NCBI GenBank assembly: GCA_964291625.2
Contig: OZ220089.1
Location: 4,576,001-4,640,000 of the forward strand
Reading direction: 5' to 3'
From: Candidatus Latescibacterota bacterium
GTDB taxonomy: Bacteria > Latescibacterota > UBA2968 > UBA8231
DNA: 64,000 nucleotides
The notes under the pieces are model-generated. The model had not been told where the DNA came from and ran no database searches. It worked only from the letters and a program-made list of their open reading frames with translations. How positions within the stretch are numbered: the first letter of the stretch is position 1; every line of letters begins with the position of its first letter. Shown piece by piece: positions 1 through 8,892 of this stretch. Position numbers and translations under genes: made by a program.

Positions 1-3000
1 GAGCGTGGTCCGGCCGATCGCCGCCAGGGCGTCGCTGACGATCTGCGTCTCATTCGGTTCCGTGATCACGGTCACCGCAAAGCTCTGGGACGCGTCGGGA
101 CCGATGGTGTTCATGGCGGTCACGGCGATCGAGGACGAGCCCTCGATCACCGGCGAGACCGTTACCTGGGATCCGTCCACGGAGACAGTGGCGACGCCCG
201 GGTTCGAGGAAGTGGCGCTGAAGGCCATGTCGAGACCACGGAACTTGTCCGACAAGTCCACGACGCCGTCAGCCCCGCCAACATACAGAGTCATGTCGGG
301 AATGGGAGTCACCACCGTCGGCTCATCGTCGTTGTCGGTGAGTGTGATCGTCGCCGACTGAACGGTGAATCCGGACGCGGACCCCTCGACAACGATTGTT
401 TCATCGTACTCGGGAATGAGCTCGTCGGGCGGCGTCAGTGTCAGGACGCCGTCGGCTGAGGTCTCCGTGGCTGCGACCGTGATCGACGGCACGGAAGCGG
501 AGTAGTCCGATCCTTCCTCGGCCGTGCCCGACAGGGACAGGGTGATCTGGGTGTCGTTCAACAGGGCGGTGCCGCCGTCGCCCAGGACGGCGGTCACGGT
601 GATGGCCGTCTCGCCGTCGCTCTCGTCGAGGCTGTCCCTGCTGAGGCTGAGAGTGATCGTGGTGGGAGCCACGTCGTTGTCGGTAACGGTGAGCGTGACG
701 TCACCGATGTCGTAACCGTCGGCGGTTCCCGTGAGTGTGATGGTTTTGTCGCCGTCAACGAGGTTCTCCTCGATGAGCGTCAGCGCCAGAGTTCCGCTGC
801 CGACGGTCTCGCGCTCTTCAATCCTCAGGGCACCGCCGGCAGCGCCATTCTCATCGCTTCCGGCTATGGCGAGGTCGACGTCGATATGGCTCAACAGGGC
901 GGTGCTTCCGTCGCCCAGGGTGGCGGTGACGGTAAGGCTCGTCTCACCGTCGCCCTCGTCGAAGGTATCGTTGTCCACCTCGAGAGTGATCGTGGTGGGA
1001 GCCACGTCGTTGTCGGTGACGGTGAGCTCGACATCGCCGATGTTGAAGCCGGCGGCGTCTCCGGTCAGCAGGATGATCTTGTCGCCGTCGACGAGGTTCT
1101 CCTCGATGAGCGTCAGCGACAGGGACCCGCTGGTGGAGGTCTCACCGGCGGAGATGGTGATGCTGGTTCCGGTGGCGGCATTGTCATCGCTCTCGGCCAC
1201 CGCGAGAGCAACCTCGGTGTCGCTGAGCAGGGCGGTGCTTCCGTCGCCCAGGGTGGCGGTGACGGTCAGGCTCGTCTCGCCGTCCCCTTCGTCAAAGGTG
1301 TTGTTGTCCACGGCCAGGACGATCGAGGTGGGAGCCACGTCGTTGTCGGTGATGCCGATCGACGCGGATTCGACGGTGAAGCCGTCGGCCGCACCGGCCA
1401 CCTCGATGGTCTCGTTCCCTTCGGCCAGGTTGTCGTCATTGGGCGTCAGGGTCAGGGTGCCGCTGCCACCGGTAGCCCCGGCGGCGACGGTGATGGTGAC
1501 CTCGGATGCCGTGTAGTCGGGGCCCAGGGCCTCGTCGGTCCCCGACAGGGACAGGGTTACCTGGGTCTCGGTGAGCAGGGCGGTGCTGCCGTCGCCCAGG
1601 GTGGCCGTCACCTCGATGGCCGTCTCCCCGGCGCTCTCATCCAGGCTGCCGGTATCGACGGCCAGGCTGATGGAGGTCGGAGCTGCATCGTCGTCGATCA
1701 GGGTAACCATCGTCGACTCGACGGCGAACCCCTCGGCCGCACCGGAGACCTCGATCGTCTCGTTGCCCTCGGCCAGGTTGTCGTCGACCACGGAAACCGC
1801 CACGGATCCGCTGCCCGCGGTAGCCCCGGCGGCAACGGTGATGGTGACCTCGGACGCCGTGTAGTCGGGGCCCAGGGCCTCGTCGGTCCCCGACAGGGAC
1901 AGGGTCACCTGCGTGTCCGTCAACAGGGCGGTGCTGCCGTCGCCCAGGGTGGCCGTCACCTCCACGGCCGTCTCACCGGCGCCTTCGGCCAGGCTGGCCG
2001 GGGGTGCCACGATGAGGTTGATGGAGGTGGGAGCCACGTCGTTGTCGGTGAGACCGATCGACGCGGACTCGACGGTGAAGCCGTCGGCGGCGCCCGCCAC
2101 CTCGATGGTCTCGTCCCCTTCGGCCAGGTTGTCGTCATTGGGCGTCAGGGTCAGGGTGCCGCTGCCCGCGGTAGCCCCGGCGGCGACGGTGATGGTGACC
2201 TCGACGGCCTCGTAGTCGGATCCCAGGGCCTCGTCGGTCCCCGACACGGAGAGGGCCACCTGCGTGTCCGTCAGCAGGGCGGTGCTGCCGTCGCCCAGGG
2301 TGGCCGTCACCTCCACGGCCGTCTCGCCGGCGTCCTCACCCAGGGTGGCTGTGTCGACTGTGAGGTCGATGGAGGTGGGAGCTACGTCGTTGTCGATGAG
2401 ACCGAGCGATGCGGACTCGACGGTGAAGCCGTCGGCCGCACCAGAGATCTCGATGGTTTCGTCTCCCTCGGCCAGGTTGTCGTCGGCCACGGAGATCGAT
2501 ACCGATCCGCTGCCATCGGTGGCGCCGGGGGCGACGATAATCGTGACGTCGGCCGCCGTGTAGTCGGCCCCGAGGACCTCATGGGTGCCGGACAGGGACA
2601 GGGCGACCTGGGTTTCCGTCAGCAGGGCGGTGCTGCCGTCGCCCAAGGTGGCCGTCACCTCCACGGCCGTGTCGCCGGCGCCCTCGTCGAGGCTGCCCGG
2701 GTCCACGGTGAGCGTGATGGAGGTGGGAACCACATCGTTGTCGGTCAAGGTGATCATCGCCGACGCGACGGTGAAGCCGTCGGCGGCGCCGGCCACCTCG
2801 ATGATTTCGTCCCCTTCGCCGGCCAGGATGTCGTCGATCGGTGTCAGGGGCAGGGTGCCGCTGCCATTGGTGGCCCCGGCAGGGACGGTGACGGTGACCT
2901 CGACTTCCTCGTAGTCGGGGCCCAGATCCACATGGGTCCCCGAAAGTGACAAGGCGACCTCAGTATCGGTGATCAGGGCGGTGCTGTCGTCACCGAGGGT

Positions 3001-4635
3001 GGCGGTCACGGTGATGGCGGTCTCGCCGGCGCCTTCATCCAGGCTGGCGGTATCGACGGCGAGGGTGATGGAGGTGGGAACGACATCGTTGTCGGTCAGG
3101 GTGATCGCCGCCGATTCGACGGTGAACCCGTCGGCGGCGCCGGCCACCTCGATGGTCTCGTCCCCCTCTCCGGCGAGGTTGTCGTCGTTGGGTGTCAGGG
3201 TCAGGGTGCCGCTGCCATCGACGTCGCCGGGGGCGACGGTGATGGTGAGCTCGTCTGCCGAGTAGTCGTCGCCCAGGGTCTCGTCGGTCCCCGACAGGGA
3301 GAGGGTGACCGCTGTCTCGGTGATCAGGGCGGTGCTGCCGTCACCCAGGGTGGCGGTCACGTTGATGGCGGTCTCGCCGGCGCCTTCAGCCAGGCTTTCG
3401 GTATCGACGGCGAGGGTGATGGAGGTGGGAACGACATCGTTGTCGGTCAGGGTGATCGCCGCCGATTCGACGGTGAACCCGTCGGCGGTGCCGGCCACCT
3501 CGATCGTCTCGTTCCCCTCGCCGGCGAGGTTGTCGTCGTTGGGCGTCAGCGTCAGCGTCGCGCTGCCCGCGGTCTGCTCTGCCGGAACGGTGATGGTGAT
3601 CTCGTCTGCCGAGTAGTCGTCTCCCAGGGTCTCGTCGGTCCCGGACAGGGAGACGGTTACCTGGGTGTCGACGATCAGGGCGGTGCTGCCGTCACCCAGG
3701 GTGGCGGTCACCTCCACGGCCGTCTCGCCGGCGCCCTCGTCCACCGTGGACGTGCCCACGGTGAGCGCGATCGTGGTGGGGGCCACGTCGTTGTCCGTCA
3801 CGGTGAGCCCGGTCCCGGTTACCTCCAGGTCCACCGGGGTAACCGTGGCACCCGCCGTCACGGCCGAAGCTCCCTCGACGATGATGGTCTCGGGGGTATC
3901 TCCCTCGGCCAAGTTGTCGTCGTTCAAGGAGATTGACAGGGTCGTGCTGCCCTGGGTCTCGCCGGCGGGAATGGTGATCGGCTCCGGCGACTCGGCCGTG
4001 TAGTCGCGGCCTTCCGCCTGCTCTGCCGTACCGGCATCCGATATCGAAACCTCCACCGGCGTGTTGATGGCCCACGCCCTGTCCAGCGTTGCCGTCACCG
4101 TGACCGACGCAACACCATCTCCCTCGCCAAGGTTGGTCCGGTCGACTGTGAGCGTGACCGCCGGCGGGGGACCCACGTCGACTGGTGCGTCGGCCACCGC
4201 GGGCTCGCTCTCATTGTCGCCGGCAGGGGGGGTGGCGGTAACCGAGTACGTATAGGTCGTCCCCACCGTGAAGGATTCATCGACGAATGTATTGACCCCG
4301 GCATTGACCGAGCCCACAAGCATGGGCTCGGCGTCGTCGGCGCCCTGGCGGTAGATGAGGTAGTCATCCACGCCATTGATGCCCGCAAAGGAGCCGCCCG
4401 AGGTGAAGTCGCCGGTGCCGACGGGAACGCTGCTGATCCGGTCGGAATCCGACAGCTCCCAGGAGACGGTGATGCCCGTTCCTTCGGCATTCATCTCGGC
4501 ACGTACCCCAGTGACCGACTCCGGCGTACGCTCGGCCTCGCCAGCTACTTGAGCGGTAGCCGGCAGACTCGTCCAAAGGAAGGTGCTCAACCCTATCGGG
4601 ATCAGCCTCCCAATCAATCCTCTGCTATGCGACAT
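1..4635 (-). CDS. Giant secreted/surface repeat protein: signal peptide, FN3-like domain, about 11 Calx-beta-like repeats, Ig-like domain; 3' end outside the window
   Basis: Hand translation from ATG 4635 (AAAGGA RBS upstream) gives MSHSRGLIGRLIPIGLSTFLWTSLPATAQ, then an FN3-like segment (ITVSW...DYLIYR...TTYTYSVTA), then repeats (TLTPNDDNLAGEGNETIEV...ITLTDNDV). The same frame is still open at base 1 (...EPNETQIVSDALAAIGRTTL). Repeat spacings are all multiples of 3; not every codon was checked. It is absent from the ORF track because no stop lies in the window. Confidence 0.88.
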   Translation of the reverse strand, partial: MSHSRGLIGRLIPIGLSTFLWTSLPATAQVAGEAERTPESVTGVRAEMNAEGTGITVSWELSDSDRISSVPVGTGDFTSGGSFAGINGVDDYLIYRQGADDAEPMLVGSVNAGVNTFVDESFTVGTTYTYSVTATPPAGDNESEPAVADAPVDVGPPPAVTLTVDRTNLGEGDGVASVTVTATLDRAWAINTPVEVSISDAGTAEQAEGRDYTAESPEPITIPAGETQGSTTLSISLNDDNLAEGDTPETIIVEGASAVTAGATVTPVDLEVTGTGLTVTDNDVAPTTIALTVGTSTVDEGAGETAVEVTATLGDGSTALIVDTQVTVSLSGTDETLGDDYSADEITITVPAEQTAGSATLTLTPNDDNLAGEGNETIEVAGTADGFTVESAAITLTDNDVVPTSITLAVDTESLAEGAGETAINVTATLGDGSTALITETAVTLSLSGTDETLGDDYSADELTITVAPGDVDGSGTLTLTPNDDNLAGEGDETIEVAGAADGFTVESAAITLTDNDVVPTSITLAVDTASLDEGAGETAITVTATLGDDSTALITDTEVALSLSGTHVDLGPDYEEVEVTVTVPAGATNGSGTLPLTPIDDILAGEGDEIIEVAGAADGFTVASAMITLTDNDVVPTSITLTVDPGSLDEGAGDTAVEVTATLGDGSTALLTETQVALSLSGTHEVLGADYTAADVTIIVAPGATDGSGSVSISVADDNLAEGDETIEISGAADGFTVESASLGLIDNDVAPTSIDLTVDTATLGEDAGETAVEVTATLGDGSTALLTDTQVALSVSGTDEALGSDYEAVEVTITVAAGATAGSGTLTLTPNDDNLAEGDETIEVAGAADGFTVESASIGLTDNDVAPTSINLIVAPPASLAEGAGETAVEVTATLGDGSTALLTDTQVTLSLSGTDEALGPDYTASEVTITVAAGATAGSGSVAVSVVDDNLAEGNETIEVSGAAEGFAVESTMVTLIDDDAAPTSISLAVDTGSLDESAGETAIEVTATLGDGSTALLTETQVTLSLSGTDEALGPDYTASEVTITVAAGATGGSGTLTLTPNDDNLAEGNETIEVAGAADGFTVESASIGITDNDVAPTSIVLAVDNNTFDEGDGETSLTVTATLGDGSTALLSDTEVALAVAESDDNAATGTSITISAGETSTSGSLSLTLIEENLVDGDKIILLTGDAAGFNIGDVELTVTDNDVAPTTITLEVDNDTFDEGDGETSLTVTATLGDGSTALLSHIDVDLAIAGSDENGAAGGALRIEERETVGSGTLALTLIEENLVDGDKTITLTGTADGYDIGDVTLTVTDNDVAPTTITLSLSRDSLDESDGETAITVTAVLGDGGTALLNDTQITLSLSGTAEEGSDYSASVPSITVAATETSADGVLTLTPPDELIPEYDETIVVEGSASGFTVQSATITLTDNDDEPTVVTPIPDMTLYVGGADGVVDLSDKFRGLDMAFSATSSNPGVATVSVDGSQVTVSPVIEGSSSIAVTAMNTIGPDASQSFAVTVITEPNETQIVSDALAAIGRTTL
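330..4150 (-). repeat. Intragenic tandem repeat, about 11 units of 333-351 bp
   Basis: The core CAGGGCGGTGCTGCCGTCGCCCAGGGTGGC (minus strand ATLGDGSTAL), or a close variant, starts at 562, 895, 1228, 1576, 1924, 2275, 2623, 2974, 3325 and 3676. A divergent unit lies at about 3790-4150. Confidence 0.9.
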
Positions 4636-5359
4636 TTCTGAGATCCTTTCTGAGTCGACTCGGATTTTTCTCGGTCGGGAACGGAACCACGCGCGGGATT
4701 GCCGTGGAAGGCCGTCCCGGGCAATGGTTCGTGTGGGCCAGGGCCGCGGCCCCGCAGGATGGGCGGTCGAGCCCGAGCCCGGTGTCCTGCGGTCTCAGCC
4801 GCGGTCGATCAACCAGCCGGCCCCGCTGGTGGCCTCCGGCGCGGCCACCATGGCCACGGAGGGGGGCATCCAACGGCGGGAACCCGCCAGGGGAGGAACG
4901 TCCCACAAGTGCGTAGAAGGGCTGAAGAATCGGGCCCGGGCCATGGGACACCATCACCGGGGCCCTGTCGAAGTCCTGGCCTGGCTGCCTGTGGAACCCA
5001 GCCCAGCCGGGCGCATCTGGATTCAGCATGAGCCTGGCACCACTGGGCCGTAAGCCGACCGTATCGGACCGGAGCGGCCTTGCGGGAGGCAAATGCCGCC
5101 GCTGGGTTCGGAATGGGAAGATCCGCTGAGGAGTTGGGACGGCGTCACCATGCCGTTTGGGGAGCCGACGCCCCCGCGTCTGGAGAGGTGTCCAAGCGAC
5201 CGAGTGCGCTGGACGCGCGAGGGAGGACAGCAGATATGCAATCTACGAGTCCAGGTTAGTTCGGAAACGGTGCGGCCCCCCGCTGGAAGGCAACCTGCAC
5301 CAGACGCGGCGCACCCAACCCTACCCGATTTGGTAGCGTATGACGAGGCAACGCCGAGG

Positions 5360-5388
5360 AATATAGCGATCACCCCAAAATACAGCAA
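5360..5388 (-). promoter_or_regulatory. Putative sigma70 promoter TTGCTG-N17-TATATT directed at the repeat protein
   Basis: The minus strand reads TTGCTG tattttggggtgatcgc TATATT, in an AT-rich patch of a GC-rich region. Confidence 0.5.
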
Positions 5389-5412
5389 GTAGCCGCACAA
5401 ATCAAGGAATCG

Positions 5413-5428
5413 GGGGCTTCGAGGCCCC
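5413..5428 (-). terminator. Possible terminator hairpin after nadC
   Basis: GGGGC..GCCCC stem just after the nadC stop; the U-tail is weak. Confidence 0.3.
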
Positions 5429-5442
5429 TGTTTCGGGAGGAT

Positions 5443-6411
5443 TCAGGGCCGCCCGGGGCGCCGTTCGTCGGACTGCGGAGAGCCGGGCTCGAACTCACGG
5501 GCCCTTCCCTCGGGCCGGGGGCCGTCTCCCGCCTCGAACAGCAGGCTCAGGTCCAGGGCCGGTGCCGAGTGGGTGAGGGCACCCACGGAGATCCAGTCGA
5601 CCCCGGTCTCGGCCACGGAGCGGATCTCCTCGAGGGTGATGCCGCCGGTGGCCTCGGTCTCCACGCCCGCCGCGGCGGCCTGCACGAGCCGCACGCAGTC
5701 AGCCATCGTGGTCCGGGGCATGTTGTCGAGGAGGATCCGGTCCGGCCGGCCCCGGGGACCGGCCCCCACCAGAGCCCGAACCTCCTCAAGGGTTTCCGCC
5801 TCACACATGATCGCGGTCCGTTCCCACCCAGGCTCCGTGGTCCCCGCCCGCGCCCGGCGGACCGCCTCGACCACCCCCCCGGCGGCGAGGGCGTGGTTCT
5901 CCTTGATGAGCACGGCGTCGTGCAGCCCGAAACGGTGATTGAAGCCGCCTCCGCTGCGTACAGCCTCCTTCTGCAGGCGCCGCAGGCCGGGGGTGGTCTT
6001 GCGGGTATCCGTGATGCGGGCGCGGGTCCCCCTCACGGCATCGACGTAGATCCGCGTCAGGGAGGCGATGCCCGACAACTGCTGAAGCAGGTTGAGAGCG
6101 GTGCGTTCGCCCACGAGGATGGGGGCGGCGGGGCCACTCAGGTGGAGGACGGTGGCGCCCGGGACCAGGGCGTCGCCATCGGCCAGGGCGGCGTCGACCG
6201 ATAGTCCTGGATGGAGCCGCCGGAAGACCAGGACCGCCGCTTGCACCCCGGCCGCGACCCCGGCGGCGCGGGACAGGATCCGGGCGCGGGCCTCCACGGC
6301 GCCGCCCACCGTCCACCGGGTGGTGACGTCCGCATCGGGGTCGAGTCGGCCGCCGAGATCCTCACGCAGGGCGCGTTCCACGATCTCCAGCAGGCCGGGG
6401 TCGCCCTTCAT
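5443..6411 (-). CDS. nadC: Nicotinate-nucleotide pyrophosphorylase (quinolinate phosphoribosyltransferase)
   Basis: Motifs GERTALNLLQ, DTRKTTPGLR, NHRFGLHDAVLIKENH, ILLDNM, EATGGI and SVGALTHSAPALDLSL. Confidence 0.96.
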   Translation of the reverse strand: MKGDPGLLEIVERALREDLGGRLDPDADVTTRWTVGGAVEARARILSRAAGVAAGVQAAVLVFRRLHPGLSVDAALADGDALVPGATVLHLSGPAAPILVGERTALNLLQQLSGIASLTRIYVDAVRGTRARITDTRKTTPGLRRLQKEAVRSGGGFNHRFGLHDAVLIKENHALAAGGVVEAVRRARAGTTEPGWERTAIMCEAETLEEVRALVGAGPRGRPDRILLDNMPRTTMADCVRLVQAAAAGVETEATGGITLEEIRSVAETGVDWISVGALTHSAPALDLSLLFEAGDGPRPEGRAREFEPGSPQSDERRPGRP

Positions 6412-8783
6412 CCAGGGACTTCCGCCCTTGCAGCGGACCTGGCGTCGGGGGGCTCGTAGTCGCCGAGGAGACCCAGTCGCTCCAGAAGGGGCATGAAGGC
6501 GAAGAGGTCCTTCAGCATGTAGGTGGAGACCTGACCCTCGTCGACGAGCCAGCGGAAGAGCCGGTACCCCGCATCGAGCAGGTTGGCCTCGCCGGTCTGC
6601 TCGTGGGCCCAGGCCAGGGGGCCGAGAAGCATGACCGTCGAGGTGTGGGGATCGGCCGAGATGGGAGCTTCTTTGTAATAGAATAGACCTTCCGGGGTGC
6701 GGCCCTTCCGGGACAGGAAGCGGACGCCGTCAAGCAGCATCCTTCGTGCCCGCTCTTCACCGGTGGCGGCGTGGTATAGCTGCAGCCCCTGGAGAACGCC
6801 GGAGACCATGAAGGGGGTCTCGCCCAGGTTGTGCGTGCCGATGCGATCGCGCCAGCGGCCCTGCTCGTCCTGCCAGACCTCGAGCAGGTCGACGAGGGCC
6901 TCCATGGCGGGCAGGAAGCGGTCCTCCGGGAAAGCGTCGTAGTAGGTCCCCATCCCCGTCAGGGCCCACCCCACGCTGCGGGTAGAGAACGGCCAGGGGA
7001 CGGGCTCGCCGGCGGCCGCCGCGGCAGCTCGTTCGGCTGTGAGCTCCTGCTTCCAGTGATACGGTGCCGAGCGGCGGCAATAGTCGGCGCACATCTCGGC
7101 GACCTGCCGGGCGCGGGGACAGCCGGTGAGGAAGTGGTAGTCCAGGAGCGACCCGAGCCAGGTGTGGCTCGTGCGAGGGCCGGTCAGATCGGTCTCGTCG
7201 GTCGTGGCATAGTGGTGGTTCTGCGACCACTGGAAGTACGGTCCGCCGACCCACTCCGGATGCTCTGACTGGTGGTGCACGGTGTCCACGTCCATGAGGT
7301 GGCGGACCGCGGCCTCGCCCTCCCAGAAGAGACGCTGGTCGCCCGAGCGCAGGTACTGCCGCAGGATCGAGCGCGGCAGGTCGTACGCCAGGTTCTCGGT
7401 GGTCCGTGTCACCGTGCGGCCATCGGGAAGGCTCTCCAGGCGCACCTCGTCGCCGTCGTTGAGAATGCCCCGGCCACTCGGCGTGCGGCAGAACCGCCGC
7501 AGTTTCGCCTCCAGCGGCCAGCAGGCCTCCGAGAAAGGGGCGAAGGGCCCGAAGACACCGGTCTCGGAGTAACGGTTGGAAGGCAGCTGCAGTAGCAGCG
7601 GCATCTCCGCGGCAAGGCAGAAGCGGTCGACCTCGGCCGCGTCGGCCGCCCGGGGGCCGAAGTGCAGGTAGACCTCGTGGGTCCGCGCCATGCCCTGGGG
7701 CAAGCGCAGTGGTCCGTCGTGGCCGGCGCCGCCGGCATAGTCGATCTCCGTGTACCTGCGTCCGGAGCCGCTCCCGGCGTCGGCCAGACCGGAGAGATCC
7801 GGGTACAAATCCAGACACAGGCGGTCGTCCTCGAAGGCCCATCTCTTCGGATAGCTCTGGAACGGGCGTCGAAGCTTGCAGGTCACCCCGGCCTCGCCGT
7901 CGGCGACGTGCAGCCACCCGAGGCCGTTCGTCCGCAGGTCGGTGCGGCGGCCGGTCCCCCAGCGGAGGCAGTGGCGCTCGAGGTTCCATTGCGTCAGATC
8001 GATGCTGTCGGTGGGCGCCAGATCGATGGGCTCGTGGAAGGTCCATCCCGAGACCTGGGAGCCCGCCAGGGCCCGGCGCGGAGTCGCGGCCAGGGACAGG
8101 GGCAGTTGCAGCGCGAGCCTGCGGAGGAACAGCTCGGAGCGGTGGTCGAGGTCGTGGACGAAGGTGAAGTCGATGCGCACGAAGGGCTGATGGGCGAAGC
8201 AGATGATGCGGGCCTCGAAGCCCAGGAAGGGACCCGCCGGACCGGTGAAACGGCCCCGGCAGCGGACCACGAGGCGCAGGGGATTCGCCGCCTCGATCCC
8301 GGCCTCCTCGATCCGGCCGGAACAGGCGTTCCCCTCTCCGTCCCAGGCCGTCAGGTCCCCCTCGTCTCCCCTGGCGAGGAACTCGCGGCGCCCCCTGGAG
8401 ACGGACCGGATCAGACGGCGCCCCCGGCGGCCGATGCGCAGGGCCAGCGCGCCCGTGGCAACATCGATGGAGTCGCCGCGGACTTCGGCGTGCAACGGCG
8501 AACTGAAGTCACCCGGGCCGGCCTGCGGATCGATCCGCAGGCCGAGCCGCTCCTGCGCCCCGATCTCCACCTGCAGATCGACAAGGGCCCAGCGCACCGA
8601 GCCGTCCGGCCAGCGGGCGCGCACGTGGGCCCGTGCCGGCAGGGGCTGGGCGTCCTCCGTGGAAACGCCCAGGCCTTCCGTCACCCTCAGTTCGCCGGGA
8701 GCAAAGGGCAGGCCCGCGGTGACCGGCCAGCGGCTCCTCGCAACGCCGGCGGGTTCGAGAATGTGAGCGGAAAGGGTCGGCAC
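6408..8783 (-). CDS. PcRGLX/YetA-like protein (exo-rhamnogalacturonan lyase-like; N-terminal RIFT barrel and alpha/alpha toroid)
   Basis: The N-terminal WPVTAGLPFAPGEL...RWPDGSVRWALVD is typical of this family; C-terminal HLMDVDTVH and W..LLDYHFLTG helices. GTG start at 8783 is a best guess. Confidence 0.65.
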   Translation of the reverse strand: MPTLSAHILEPAGVARSRWPVTAGLPFAPGELRVTEGLGVSTEDAQPLPARAHVRARWPDGSVRWALVDLQVEIGAQERLGLRIDPQAGPGDFSSPLHAEVRGDSIDVATGALALRIGRRGRRLIRSVSRGRREFLARGDEGDLTAWDGEGNACSGRIEEAGIEAANPLRLVVRCRGRFTGPAGPFLGFEARIICFAHQPFVRIDFTFVHDLDHRSELFLRRLALQLPLSLAATPRRALAGSQVSGWTFHEPIDLAPTDSIDLTQWNLERHCLRWGTGRRTDLRTNGLGWLHVADGEAGVTCKLRRPFQSYPKRWAFEDDRLCLDLYPDLSGLADAGSGSGRRYTEIDYAGGAGHDGPLRLPQGMARTHEVYLHFGPRAADAAEVDRFCLAAEMPLLLQLPSNRYSETGVFGPFAPFSEACWPLEAKLRRFCRTPSGRGILNDGDEVRLESLPDGRTVTRTTENLAYDLPRSILRQYLRSGDQRLFWEGEAAVRHLMDVDTVHHQSEHPEWVGGPYFQWSQNHHYATTDETDLTGPRTSHTWLGSLLDYHFLTGCPRARQVAEMCADYCRRSAPYHWKQELTAERAAAAAAGEPVPWPFSTRSVGWALTGMGTYYDAFPEDRFLPAMEALVDLLEVWQDEQGRWRDRIGTHNLGETPFMVSGVLQGLQLYHAATGEERARRMLLDGVRFLSRKGRTPEGLFYYKEAPISADPHTSTVMLLGPLAWAHEQTGEANLLDAGYRLFRWLVDEGQVSTYMLKDLFAFMPLLERLGLLGDYEPPDARSAARAEVPG

Positions 8784-8892
8784 CTTGGTAGCTCGGGCGA
8801 TGATACCAACAATGGACACCGCCGGCAAAGTGGCCGGGATGACACGGAGACCGGGGGGCTTCTACATTAATTCCACAGCCTTCGAGAGGGAC

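Noticed and set aside
562-3705. 30-bp recurring motif as a CRISPR array or DGR repeats
   Set aside because: The spacing is 333-351 bp and in frame, the intervening sequences are homologous coding DNA, and there is no cas or reverse transcriptase gene in the window.
5-4255. Many plus-strand ORFs, including 886..2949 (687 aa)
   Set aside because: They are antisense shadows of the minus-strand repeat protein; their periodic stops mirror its Tyr codons.
5330-5342. ops/JUMPStart-like GGTAGCGT
   Set aside because: It is only a partial match and lies on the strand opposite the adhesin transcript.
4583-5400. Short ORFs in the adhesin upstream region
   Set aside because: They are Pro/Arg/Gly-rich, mutually overlapping, and lack recognisable motifs or a clear RBS.
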